IMG/VR virus record: IMGVR_UViG_3300025070_000011
Origin: an uncultured virus (IMG/VR IMGVR_UViG_3300025070_000011)
Taxonomy: Duplodnaviria; Heunggongvirae; Uroviricota; Caudoviricetes
Length of the DNA stretch: 64,000 bases
Strand: one strand, 5' to 3'
Shown: in pieces, positions 10,654 through 20,094 of the stretch
How the letters are laid out: each line of letters opens with the position of its first letter
Position numbering within the stretch: position 1 is the first letter of the stretch
Translations under genes and position numbers: made by a program
Notes under the pieces: model-generated
Databases searched by the model: none
What the model was told of the DNA's origin: nothing
The model's input: the letters and a program-made list of their open reading frames with translations, nothing else

Positions 10654-12603
10654 ATGGCTTTCCAGTTATCACCTGGCGTCCTAATCAAAGAGAGAGACCT
10701 CACCAACGTTGTCCCAGCAGTAGCTACTACAATCGGCGGGATTGTTGGAAATTACATTTGGGGGCCCGTTCACGAAATTACGTCCGTAGATTCGGAGAAC
10801 AATTTGGTAGAAAGATTTGGGAGACCAAGTACTACGACTTTCTACGATTTCATGACCACCGCATCATTTTTGGCATATGGGTCTAATTGTTTAACAGTAA
10901 GAGAAGTCGGTGCTCTATCCGTGAACAGCGTTTCAGAAGGAACCGCTGTTCTTATTAAGAATGAAGATCACTATCAAGACCAATTTTCACAGGGCACCAA
11001 CAGTGTTGGTCCTTGGGCATCAAAGTATGCCGGTGGTCTTGGTAACAGTCTCAAAGTTGTTATGGCTGATGCCACTTCAACTTCTAATTTAAGTGTCGCA
11101 ACTATTACACTAGATGCTTCTGACACTGCTGGTGACAGAACTACTGCAACAGTGGCAATTGCCGCACCTGATTTGTTTGCAGTTGGTAGTGGTGGTATTC
11201 AAGCTACTGCAACCGCAACTGTCTCTGGTGGTAACGTTACTTCAATCACTGTTACAAACCCAGGCTTTGGTTACTCTAACTCAACTCCCCCCACGGTCAC
11301 GGTGACCGCTGATGGTACTGGTGCTGTTGCTGCTACTGCTGTTATGGCAGTTGAGTGGGAATACAAGGACGAGTTTGACAGTATCCCCAATACTACTACT
11401 TGGGCTTTAAACAACGGTGCAGAAAACGACGAATTAAACATTCTCGTTATTGACGAAGATGGTGCCATTAGTGGTGTTGCTGGTACTATACTTGAGAAGT
11501 TTGCCGGTCTATCAAAGGCAAAAGACGCAAAAGATGATGTCAACTCTACCAACTACTATAAGAACGTAATCAATGATCGTTCTAAGTGGGTTTGGTGGAT
11601 GGACAATCCAGCCAGTGGAACAAACTGGGGCGCATCTTCAGAAGGTGGAACATCATTTGCCTGCATGGGTGTGGATGATGCGGATCAAAATATCTCTCTC
11701 ACGGGTGGTATTGATGATGCACCATCAATTGGCCAACTTCAACAGGGTTACGATCTCTTTGCAAACGACGAATTAGTTGACGTTTCTTTGATTCTACTGT
11801 CTGCACACCCAGTTTCAGTTGGTGATTACGTTATTGATAACGTTGCAGAGGTTCGCAAAGACTGTCTCGCATTCATTTCTCCGCAGAGAGGAAACGTTGT
11901 AAACAACGAAGGTGATGAGGTTGCTGACATTCTTTCTCAACCAGATCACGGTTCTTACACTCGTTCTTCTTACGCTGTCATGGACAGTGGTTGGAAGTAC
12001 ATGTACGATAAGTACAACGATAGATACACATATGTACCCCTAAACGGTGACGTTGCTGGGTGTTGTGTAATTACTGACCTCGGTGATGATCCTTGGTTCT
12101 CTCCTGCTGGTTTGAACCGCGGCATCATTAAGAATGCTATCAAACTTGCTTGGTCTCCCAGAAAGGCTGACAGGGATACTCTGTATCAGAAGAGTGTAAA
12201 CCCTGTTATCAACACGCCTGGAACGGGTATCGTTCTGTTTGGTGATAAGACAATGCTTGCCAAACCTTCTGCTTTCAATAGAATTAACGTTCGCAGATTG
12301 TTTATCGTTCTTGAGAAGGCAATCGCAACTGCTGCAAAATTCCAGTTGTTTGAATTCAACGATGCGTTTACAAGAGCACAGTTTGTTGCACTAGTAGAAC
12401 CATTCTTGCGTGACGTACAGGGACGCAGAGGTATTTACGACTTCCGTGTGGTTTGTAATGAAACAAACAACACGCCACAGGTTATCGACTCTAATGAGTT
12501 TAGGGCAGATATTTACATTAAACCTGCTAAGTCAATCAACTTCATCACTCTGACGTTTATTGCTACTAGAACTGGCATCTCGTTTGAAGAACTTGGCGCT
12601 TAA
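10654..12603 (+). CDS. gp18: tail sheath protein gp18
   Basis: MAFQLSPGV...WGP, PWFSPAG.NRG, FGDKT, RINVRRLF motifs. Confidence 0.97.
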   Translation: MAFQLSPGVLIKERDLTNVVPAVATTIGGIVGNYIWGPVHEITSVDSENNLVERFGRPSTTTFYDFMTTASFLAYGSNCLTVREVGALSVNSVSEGTAVLIKNEDHYQDQFSQGTNSVGPWASKYAGGLGNSLKVVMADATSTSNLSVATITLDASDTAGDRTTATVAIAAPDLFAVGSGGIQATATATVSGGNVTSITVTNPGFGYSNSTPPTVTVTADGTGAVAATAVMAVEWEYKDEFDSIPNTTTWALNNGAENDELNILVIDEDGAISGVAGTILEKFAGLSKAKDAKDDVNSTNYYKNVINDRSKWVWWMDNPASGTNWGASSEGGTSFACMGVDDADQNISLTGGIDDAPSIGQLQQGYDLFANDELVDVSLILLSAHPVSVGDYVIDNVAEVRKDCLAFISPQRGNVVNNEGDEVADILSQPDHGSYTRSSYAVMDSGWKYMYDKYNDRYTYVPLNGDVAGCCVITDLGDDPWFSPAGLNRGIIKNAIKLAWSPRKADRDTLYQKSVNPVINTPGTGIVLFGDKTMLAKPSAFNRINVRRLFIVLEKAIATAAKFQLFEFNDAFTRAQFVALVEPFLRDVQGRRGIYDFRVVCNETNNTPQVIDSNEFRADIYIKPAKSINFITLTFIATRTGISFEELGA

Positions 12604-12644
12604 TAGTACGAATAAATAACAGACAAACTTAGGAGAAAAGTTAG

Positions 12645-13160
12645 ATGAATATTGAAGAGTTTAAGGCAAGACTTGGCGCCGGGGGTGCTCGCCCCAATCA
12701 GTTTAGGGTGAAACTCGCGTTTCCATCTTATGTGGTTGGTGTTGACACTTCTTATAGTCTGCTCGTAACTGGTGCCGCACTTCCTGCTTCTAACGTAAAC
12801 CCCGCGATCATCCAGTATAGGGGTCGCGAGGTGAAGTTGGCGGGAGAAAGAATCTTTGATCCGTGGACAATTACGGTTGTAAATGATTCTGAATTCAGTC
12901 TCAGAAGTCCCTTTGAACAGTGGATGAATGGTCTGAATGATCGTGCTGAAAACACTGGTGTTCTTACACCGCGTGATTATCAGACCGACATCGTTGTTGA
13001 ACATTTGGATAGAAACGATGCAGTATTGCCTGGTGGTGCTTATACACTACGCAATGCCTTCCCTATCCAGATGTCAGAAATCGCATTGAACTATGCACAG
13101 AATGATATTTTTGAAGAATTTACGGTGACTTGGCAGTATTCACACTACGATATTGATTAA
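12645..13160 (+). CDS. gp19: tail tube protein gp19
   Basis: GGARPNQFRV, GREVKLAGERIFDPWTITV.ND, EEFTVT motifs. Confidence 0.95.
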   Translation: MNIEEFKARLGAGGARPNQFRVKLAFPSYVVGVDTSYSLLVTGAALPASNVNPAIIQYRGREVKLAGERIFDPWTITVVNDSEFSLRSPFEQWMNGLNDRAENTGVLTPRDYQTDIVVEHLDRNDAVLPGGAYTLRNAFPIQMSEIALNYAQNDIFEEFTVTWQYSHYDID

Positions 13161-13187
13161 GTTTTAACCGTTAATCTAGGATAAATT

Positions 13188-14696
13188 ATGGAATTATTTG
13201 GGTATAGCATAGAGCGATCCAAACCATCTAAGGGGGAGAAATCTTTTGTACCTCCTTCTGATGATGGGTCGCTCGAAGCTATTAGAGCTGGTGGATACTA
13301 CGGTACATACTTTGATATCGAAGGTACTGCTAATAATGAAAGCCAGCTAATTAAAAGATACAGGGACATCTCTATGATGGGAGATGTTGACGCAGCTATT
13401 GAAGATGTGGTCAACGACTCTATATCAAATCTTGACGATGAAAAACCAGTAGTACTTGATCTTGATAATATAAACGCTTCTGCAAGTGTAAAGAAAACTA
13501 TTGCAGAAGAGTTTAACAACATCATGACTATCTTGGACTTCAATACGAAGGCGCAAGATTATTTTAGAAGATGGTATATTGACGGAAGAATTTACTTCCA
13601 CAAGGTGATTGATACAGAAAAACCCAAAGAGGGTTTGAAAGATATTCGTTACGTTGATCCAAGAAAGATTCGCAAGGTCAGAGAGATCAAAAAAGAGAAA
13701 GATGCAAAGTCGCAAGTTTCTCTGGTCAAAGAAGTAAATGAGTATTTTGTTTTTGATGAAAAGGGTATTGCTCTCACTAGCAATCAATTGTACAAGACAG
13801 ATGTTGCTAATGACAAAGCAATTAAGGTTAGTAAGGATGCGGTTGCGTATTGTACATCTGGTCTAGTTGACCAAGATAAAAATATACCACTGTCCTTCCT
13901 TCACAAGGCTATTCGACCTGCTAACCAACTGAGAATGATGGAGAACTCAGTGGTGATTTATCGTATCACACGTTCCCCAGAAAGAAGAATATTTTACATA
14001 GATGTTGGTAACTTGCCGACTGCAAAGGCAGAACAATATCTTAAAGATGTCATGAACAGATATCGTAACAAGTTGGTGTACGATTCTGAGACCGGAGAAA
14101 TCCGAGATGACAAAAAGTTTATGTCAATGCTTGAAGACTTCTGGTTACCACGAAAAGAGGGTGGCAGAGGAACAGAGATTCAAACATTGCCTGGTGGTCA
14201 GAACTTGGGTGAGATTGAAGACGTAGTTTACTTTCAAAAGAAACTATATCAATCACTCAATGTTCCTGTCTCTAGATTAGAACAACAGGCTGGACTTAAT
14301 TTTGGTAGGTCGGCCGAGATTACAAGAGATGAATTAAAGTTTACTAAGTTCATTTCTAAACTGAGGAGAAGGTTCTCCGGTGTCTTTGATGATTTGTTAA
14401 AGACTCAGTTAATTCTCAAAGGAGTTATTAACGAGACAGAGTGGCCTGCAATCAAAGAAGACATTCAGTATAGATTTGCATCTGATGCTTATTATACTGA
14501 GTCGAAAGAACAAGAAGTATTAAGAAGTAGAGTTGAAATTCTTAATCAGGTTGCACCTTATGTTGGACAACTATTCAGCAAAGAATATGTCCAGAAAAAT
14601 ATTTTAAGATTTAGTGACAAAGAAATTGCCTTAATAGATCAACAAATAGGGTCAGGTCAACCAGAAGATAATGTAGTAGGAGATAATAATGAGTGA
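13188..14696 (+). CDS. gp20: portal protein gp20
   Basis: FRRWYIDGRI, YRITRSPERRIFYIDVGNLP, EDFWLPRKEGGRGTEI motifs. Confidence 0.97.
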   Translation: MELFGYSIERSKPSKGEKSFVPPSDDGSLEAIRAGGYYGTYFDIEGTANNESQLIKRYRDISMMGDVDAAIEDVVNDSISNLDDEKPVVLDLDNINASASVKKTIAEEFNNIMTILDFNTKAQDYFRRWYIDGRIYFHKVIDTEKPKEGLKDIRYVDPRKIRKVREIKKEKDAKSQVSLVKEVNEYFVFDEKGIALTSNQLYKTDVANDKAIKVSKDAVAYCTSGLVDQDKNIPLSFLHKAIRPANQLRMMENSVVIYRITRSPERRIFYIDVGNLPTAKAEQYLKDVMNRYRNKLVYDSETGEIRDDKKFMSMLEDFWLPRKEGGRGTEIQTLPGGQNLGEIEDVVYFQKKLYQSLNVPVSRLEQQAGLNFGRSAEITRDELKFTKFISKLRRRFSGVFDDLLKTQLILKGVINETEWPAIKEDIQYRFASDAYYTESKEQEVLRSRVEILNQVAPYVGQLFSKEYVQKNILRFSDKEIALIDQQIGSGQPEDNVVGDNNE

Positions 14697-14961
14697 AGAA
14701 GTTGAAAACGTTGAATTGGAAGTACAGGACGAAGTTGGTTCCCAAGATGCTATCAGACAAATGATGGATAAGTGGGCCGATGGTGACCTTGCTGGTGCAA
14801 ACGACGAATTCTTTTCGATGATGAACAAACGTGCCGATGATATGCTCGCGGTCAGAAAGTCCGAGATCGTACCAGGCATCTTCAACGATCCAGAAATGCA
14901 AAAGATGGGTTTAGAAGCAACCCCAGAAGAATCAGAGGAAGAGTCAGATGAAGACGTTTAA
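14689..14961 (+). CDS. acidic prohead core protein (gp67-like position)
   Basis: Small acidic ORF directly after the portal gene, syntenic with T4 gp67. Confidence 0.5.
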   Translation: MSEEVENVELEVQDEVGSQDAIRQMMDKWADGDLAGANDEFFSMMNKRADDMLAVRKSEIVPGIFNDPEMQKMGLEATPEESEEESDEDV

Positions 14962-15295
14962 AGATTTTCGTGAAGAGGCCAAACCAGTAGAGAAGGTTTC
15001 AAAAGAAGAGCCTACTGCGAATCATCCTACTGAAACTGGTACTGAGGGAGACAAGACTCCCCCGAAACAGGGTAGCTCTGAAGAACCCAAACTCACTCAC
15101 GCTTGTGCTACAAAAGTGGTGCATCCTAAGTTTGGTGAAGGTAAGCCAATCATGGGAGAACACGCAGAACCTGATGCAAACGGGGATGTGTGGTGGTATA
15201 AAGTTATGTTTGAACATGGCATTGAAATGTGTGAGACATACGCCTTGGATATTCAAGAAATGGCGTCTCACGGCAACCACAAAAAGAAATACTAA
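14948..15295 (+). CDS. putative internal head protein with capsid-targeting-like N-terminus and Tudor/SH3-like domain
   Basis: MKTFKDFREE resembles T4 internal-protein N-termini; VVHPKFGEG...YKVMFEHG. Confidence 0.55.
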   Translation: MKTFKDFREEAKPVEKVSKEEPTANHPTETGTEGDKTPPKQGSSEEPKLTHACATKVVHPKFGEGKPIMGEHAEPDANGDVWWYKVMFEHGIEMCETYALDIQEMASHGNHKKKY

Positions 15296-15308
15296 CGGAG
15301 ATAGGTAG

Positions 15309-15701
15309 ATGGCATTCGCAAAATCTAACTTAAAACTGACTCAAGTGCAGGCAGTTGTTAGGTGTACGGGCACTGGTGGTGACAGCGGAACCATCGATAT
15401 CGACACCGATATAGTCAAGTCGGGAGAGACTGCCTCTAGTCCGACAGTAAACATAACAAGAGTACACTGGAACTGTGACAAAAACGCCGCTATAACTATC
15501 ACTCGCAACAGTGTTGATATTATGCATGTCCACGGTACTGGTTTTACCGATTGGTACGGATGGGTAGAAAACACTGAAAACGATCAAGACATTGACATTG
15601 CCATTTCAAACGGTGATGCAGTTGTCTGGTTAGAACTATCCAAGGTTACTGGATTTGGTTCACAACAACACCAAGATCAGGGAACTCTGGGAGGTAATTA
15701 A
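15309..15701 (+). CDS. hypothetical virion protein (head module)
   Basis: Beta-rich ORF between portal and protease; TAATG-coupled to gp21. Confidence 0.6.
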   Translation: MAFAKSNLKLTQVQAVVRCTGTGGDSGTIDIDTDIVKSGETASSPTVNITRVHWNCDKNAAITITRNSVDIMHVHGTGFTDWYGWVENTENDQDIDIAISNGDAVVWLELSKVTGFGSQQHQDQGTLGGN

Positions 15702-16354
15702 TGAAACTAATAACCGAAGTTACTGAAGATATTCAATATATCTCAGAAGAGAAAAACGGAAAAAGACACCTTTATATCGAAGGTGTTTTCTTGCAATCCA
15801 ATATCACCAATCGCAATAATCGTTCTTATCCCAAGGAGATTATGCGAGCAGAGGTAGATAGATATCGGACTGAACAGATAGACAAGAAGAGAGCGATGGG
15901 CGAATTAGGTCACCCAGAAGGACCGACTCTCAATCTGGATCGGGTATCTCATATGATTACCGGACTTAAAGAAAGTGGTGATAACTGGGTAGGTAAAGCT
16001 AAAATCCTAGACACTCCTATGGGTAACATTGTTAAGAATTTGATGGACGAAGGCGCACAACTTGGTGTGTCATCAAGAGGCCTTGGTTCACTGAAAGAGA
16101 AGAACGGCATCAATGAAGTACAAGATGATTTTGTTCTCGCAACTGCTGCTGATATTGTGGCAGACCCTTCTGCTCCTGATGCCTTTGTTAGAGGTATCAT
16201 GGAAAACAAAGAATGGATGATGATAAACGGTGTATGGACCGAAAGAGAAATGGACATTGCTCAAACGATTATTAGAGAATCTAGTTCCCGTGAACTGGAG
16301 GAGCAAAAACTCCAAGTGTTCAGTTCATTCCTAGATCGTTTATCAAAGATATAA
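15701..16354 (+). CDS. gp21: prohead protease gp21
   Basis: MKLITE, YIEGVFLQ, GELGHP, GVSSRGLGS, DIVADPSAPDAFV motifs. Confidence 0.96.
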   Translation: MKLITEVTEDIQYISEEKNGKRHLYIEGVFLQSNITNRNNRSYPKEIMRAEVDRYRTEQIDKKRAMGELGHPEGPTLNLDRVSHMITGLKESGDNWVGKAKILDTPMGNIVKNLMDEGAQLGVSSRGLGSLKEKNGINEVQDDFVLATAADIVADPSAPDAFVRGIMENKEWMMINGVWTEREMDIAQTIIRESSSRELEEQKLQVFSSFLDRLSKI

Positions 16355-16359
16355 TTTTT

Positions 16360-16367
16360 TATAAATA
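16360..16367 (+). promoter_or_regulatory. late promoter TATAAATA (gp22)
   Basis: Exact motif, intergenic. Confidence 0.75.
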
Positions 16368-16404
16368 ATTATCAGTAACGCAAAAATTCTCAAAGGAGAC
16401 AATC

Positions 16405-17625
16405 ATGAGCGTAGAAAGTAAAATCAGAGACTTTCTGAAGAAGGGTAAGGAGATCGAAGAATCTCTGCAGCTCGCTGAAGAAGTCAATGAACTGGAAGAG
16501 AAGGCTGCTGCGGAAAACCTTAAGCCCAATGCAACACCCGGCGATTCCACAAATCCTACTCAGGGTTCTTCTAACCCATCACCCGAAATGCAAGACCTGT
16601 CTGGTACAGGTGACAAGCACGGCGGGTTGACATCCTCTATTGGTAAGGCTGCCGCTGACAAAATGAGTCAGTCTGGTGAACTTACTAACTCTGGTGCTGG
16701 CGATGCGCCCAACTATGAAACTGACGAAGACCCCCGCAAGGTTGTCAATCAGTCATCTTCAAAGGGCAACGTCAATCAAGAAGAAGTAGAAGAGTCGGAA
16801 GAAGAAGTTATCGCTGAAGACGAAGCTGTAGAAGAGTCTGAAGAAGTTGAAGTTGTTTCTGAAGAAGAGTCTATTGAAGACGCTGAAGAAGAAGTCGAAG
16901 GCGAAAGTCTCTTTGAAGGTGACATCGCTGGTCTGTTCGCAGACGAAGAACATCTTTCAGAAGACTTTAAGGTTAAGGCCGCTGAACTTTTTGAGACAGT
17001 AGTTACTGCTCGTCTTGCTAACGAAATCGAAGGTATCCAGGCCGAACTTGCAGAAGAGGCTGATGCCGCTCAAGCAAAATTCCAAGACGATATGGTTGAG
17101 AAGATTGACGCATACCTCAACTATGTTTCTGAGAACTGGATGAAAGAGAACGAACTCGCTATTGAACGCGGTATTCGTACTGAAATTACAGAAGACTTTA
17201 TCAAGTCTCTGAAAACCGTTTTCACCGAACACTATATTGAAGTGCCTGAAGAAAAGTACGATGTACTTGGTGAAATGCAAGCACAAATCGAAGAACTCAA
17301 AGGAAAACTCAACGAGTCTATCGAAACACAGGTATCTCTGACTAAGGAAAGAGAAGACATGTTGCGCGATAAGATTATCGGTGAGGCATCTGAAGACTTG
17401 ACAATGACAGAATCAGAAAAACTGTCATCACTTCTTGCTGATGTAGATTTTGGTGACTCGGAACTGTTTGCTGAGAAAGTTTCTGTTGTTAAGGAAAACT
17501 ATTTCCCCAAACAGGGTGTAGATACTGCTGAAGTGATGTCAGATACCGTCGAAGGCGAAGGTCTGACCGAATCATCCTCAATCAGTAAGTACGCTCAGGC
17601 AATTTCAAAACAGATTAAAAAGTAA
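16405..17625 (+). CDS. gp22: prohead core scaffold gp22
   Basis: Very acidic; LSEDFK.KA..LFE and D.YLNYV.E.WM.EN.LAIE.GIR.EI.EDF motifs; between gp21 and gp23. Confidence 0.92.
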   Translation: MSVESKIRDFLKKGKEIEESLQLAEEVNELEEKAAAENLKPNATPGDSTNPTQGSSNPSPEMQDLSGTGDKHGGLTSSIGKAAADKMSQSGELTNSGAGDAPNYETDEDPRKVVNQSSSKGNVNQEEVEESEEEVIAEDEAVEESEEVEVVSEEESIEDAEEEVEGESLFEGDIAGLFADEEHLSEDFKVKAAELFETVVTARLANEIEGIQAELAEEADAAQAKFQDDMVEKIDAYLNYVSENWMKENELAIERGIRTEITEDFIKSLKTVFTEHYIEVPEEKYDVLGEMQAQIEELKGKLNESIETQVSLTKEREDMLRDKIIGEASEDLTMTESEKLSSLLADVDFGDSELFAEKVSVVKENYFPKQGVDTAEVMSDTVEGEGLTESSSISKYAQAISKQIKK

Positions 17626-17631
17626 AATTTT

Positions 17632-17639
17632 TATAAATA
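17632..17639 (+). promoter_or_regulatory. late promoter TATAAATA (gp23)
   Basis: Exact motif, intergenic. Confidence 0.8.
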
Positions 17640-17678
17640 AACCTAGTACAATTAAAAAAACCCCTAAAGGAGATTACA

Positions 17679-18950
17679 ATGTATCTTTCTGAAGAAATCC
17701 AAAAAAAGTGGAGTCCTGTTCTGGATCATCCCGATCTGCAAGAGATTGCTGACCCTTATCGTAAGGCAGTAACTTCCGTAGTTCTTGAGAACCAAGAAAA
17801 GGCTCTCCGTGAAGAGAAGAATGTTTTCTCTGAAGCGGTACACGCTAACAACATGTCAGGTGAGATTGATACATATGATCCCATCCTGATCTCTCTGGTT
17901 CGTCGCGCACTCCCTAACTTGATGGCGTATGACGTTGCTGGTGTTCAACCGATGACTGGTCCTACTGGTCTTATCTTTGCGATGAAGTCGCATTACTCTT
18001 CACAGACAGGTGATGAAGCTCTGTTCAACGAAGCTGATACAGACTTCTCTGGTGCTGGTACTCACGCTGGTTCAAACCCAGTTGACGGTTCCTACACTAC
18101 GGGTACTGGTGTGTCGCGTGATGACGCTGAGAGATTCGGTGATTCCGGTGGTACTACTCTGAACCAGATGGCGTTCTCAATTGAGAAGACCACTGTAACT
18201 GCTAAGTCACGCGCACTGAAGGCAGAGTACACTGTCGAATTGGCGCAAGACCTCAAGGCAGTCCACGGTCTTGACGCTGAGTCAGAGTTGTCAAACATTC
18301 TGTCTCAAGAAATCCTCGCTGAAATCAACCGCGAAGTGATCCGTACAATCTACAAAGTCGCTAAGACGGGTGCTGCTTCTACTGCAACGCCTGGTACTTT
18401 TGACCTTGACGTAGATTCAAATGGTCGCTGGTCTGTTGAAAGATTCAAGGGTCTGTTGTTCAACATCGAAAGAGATGCGAACGTAATCGCACAAGACACT
18501 CGTCGCGGTAAGGGTAACTTCCTCATCTGTTCTTCAGATGTTGCTTCTGCCCTCTCAATGGCTGGTGTACTTGATTACACTCCTGCTCTTTCTACTAATC
18601 TGAACGTTGATGACACTGGTAATACTTTCGCTGGTGTACTGAATGGTCGTTACAAGGTTTACGTTGATCCTTATTCTGCAAACACTGGTGCTGCTAGTCA
18701 GTTTTACGTTGCAGGTTACAAGGGTACTTCACCTTATGACGCAGGTCTGTTCTACTGCCCATATGTACCTCTGCAAATGGTACGCGCAATTGACCCTGAC
18801 ACCTTCCAACCAAAAATTGGTTTCAAGACTCGTTACGGTATGATTGCTAACCCTTACGTTGTTGATGGTTCTGGTAACACTGACGGTGATACTTTCACTG
18901 CTGATCGTAACCAGTACTACCGCGCTGTTAAGGTTTCAAACTTGATGTAA
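17679..18950 (+). CDS. gp23: major capsid protein gp23
   Basis: KWSPVL, GVQPMTGPTGLIFA, KSRALKAEYT.ELAQDLKA.HG, YCPYVPL, FQPKIGFKTRYG motifs. Confidence 0.98.
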   Translation: MYLSEEIQKKWSPVLDHPDLQEIADPYRKAVTSVVLENQEKALREEKNVFSEAVHANNMSGEIDTYDPILISLVRRALPNLMAYDVAGVQPMTGPTGLIFAMKSHYSSQTGDEALFNEADTDFSGAGTHAGSNPVDGSYTTGTGVSRDDAERFGDSGGTTLNQMAFSIEKTTVTAKSRALKAEYTVELAQDLKAVHGLDAESELSNILSQEILAEINREVIRTIYKVAKTGAASTATPGTFDLDVDSNGRWSVERFKGLLFNIERDANVIAQDTRRGKGNFLICSSDVASALSMAGVLDYTPALSTNLNVDDTGNTFAGVLNGRYKVYVDPYSANTGAASQFYVAGYKGTSPYDAGLFYCPYVPLQMVRAIDPDTFQPKIGFKTRYGMIANPYVVDGSGNTDGDTFTADRNQYYRAVKVSNLM

Positions 18951-18978
18951 TAAAAAGAATCCCTAAAGGGACGATTTT

Positions 18979-19006
18979 AAGGGACTCTACGGAGTCCCTT
19001 TTTTTT
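18979..19006 (+). terminator. intrinsic terminator after gp23
   Basis: AAGGGACTC-TACG-GAGTCCCTT hairpin followed by a T-run. Confidence 0.85.
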
Positions 19007-19019
19007 GGCTTAGAATCCT

Positions 19020-19027
19020 TATAAATA
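19020..19027 (+). promoter_or_regulatory. late promoter TATAAATA (gp3-uvsY-uvsW)
   Basis: Exact motif, intergenic. Confidence 0.75.
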
Positions 19028-19049
19028 GTGTCATACATAGGAGACTATA

Positions 19050-19640
19050 ATGGCTTACACTCCCACACTGTCACCCAATACAGGGTTGTACAATGCACAT
19101 GCTAACGGTGATCTAGATTATCTGAGACCTACTGGTTTTAAGTTTCAGATACATAATATTCCCCACGTTGCATTTTTCTGTCAGGGTGCAAACATTCCAG
19201 ACATTAGCATGGGGTTCCCTGTTCAGGCCACCCCGCTACAGGACATTGCATACCCAGGCGACAAGTTGACATTTGGTGATCTGAATATTAGATTTCTGAT
19301 TCAAGAAGATATGGCAAACTATAAAGAACTTTACGATTGGTTGATCGGACTTGGTTCGCCAGAGAAGACTCAACAGTATAAAGACTATGTTGCAAGTCAG
19401 GAGTGGAGGACGGGTCTGTCAAATAGAACGGACAAGAGAGAGGCTCTCGCTCAGGTAAGTGATGCGAGTCTATTTGTTCTTGACTCAAACGACAATCCAA
19501 ACGTAGAAATTGTTTTTAGAGATGCATTCCCAACTGCGCTGTCTGGACTAGAATTCGATCAGTCTGCTGGTGATTCACCATACTTCACTGGGTCGGCGTC
19601 ATTTAAATATAGGATATATAATATTAAAACTGTGACTTGA
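19050..19640 (+). CDS. gp3: tail tube terminator / tail completion protein gp3-like
   Basis: YL.PTGFKF...FFCQ.ANIP, PGDKL.F..L..RFL..EDM.NY.E..DW, F.DAFP..LS motifs. Confidence 0.8.
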   Translation: MAYTPTLSPNTGLYNAHANGDLDYLRPTGFKFQIHNIPHVAFFCQGANIPDISMGFPVQATPLQDIAYPGDKLTFGDLNIRFLIQEDMANYKELYDWLIGLGSPEKTQQYKDYVASQEWRTGLSNRTDKREALAQVSDASLFVLDSNDNPNVEIVFRDAFPTALSGLEFDQSAGDSPYFTGSASFKYRIYNIKTVT

Positions 19641-19650
19641 TAGGTACATT

Positions 19651-20094
19651 ATGGCAACATTAAATGAACTTCAGGCTGAATGGGCTGAAGATTGTAAACT
19701 TGATGAATTGGATTTGGGTGGGGAGTCAACAAGAACTCCCGTATTACACTCAAAGTATGTAACATTACTCTCCAATAATAAACTTCAACTCCGCAAATCA
19801 ATTGCTGATCTGAAAAGACTTGAAAGAGTTAAGTCGGATTACTATCGCGGGGAACTCTCAAAGGAAGAACTTGATAATCTAGGGTGGGAACCTTGGAGAA
19901 AAAATGCTGTGTTGCGAACAGACATGAGAGATCAACTGGACAGCGATGCAGATGTGATTCGCCAACAGGATAAAGTATATTACTTAGAAACTACCGTAGA
20001 CTTTTTAGACCGAGTACTCCGCAGTTTGAATGGCCGAGGATGGGACATCAAGACTGCTGTTGAGTGGGCCAAAATGCAATCTGGGCTTATATGA
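19651..20094 (+). CDS. uvsY: recombination mediator UvsY
   Basis: W.EDC.LD...L..ES...P.LHSKY; R.WDIK.A.EW C-terminus; precedes uvsW. Confidence 0.88.
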   Translation: MATLNELQAEWAEDCKLDELDLGGESTRTPVLHSKYVTLLSNNKLQLRKSIADLKRLERVKSDYYRGELSKEELDNLGWEPWRKNAVLRTDMRDQLDSDADVIRQQDKVYYLETTVDFLDRVLRSLNGRGWDIKTAVEWAKMQSGLI

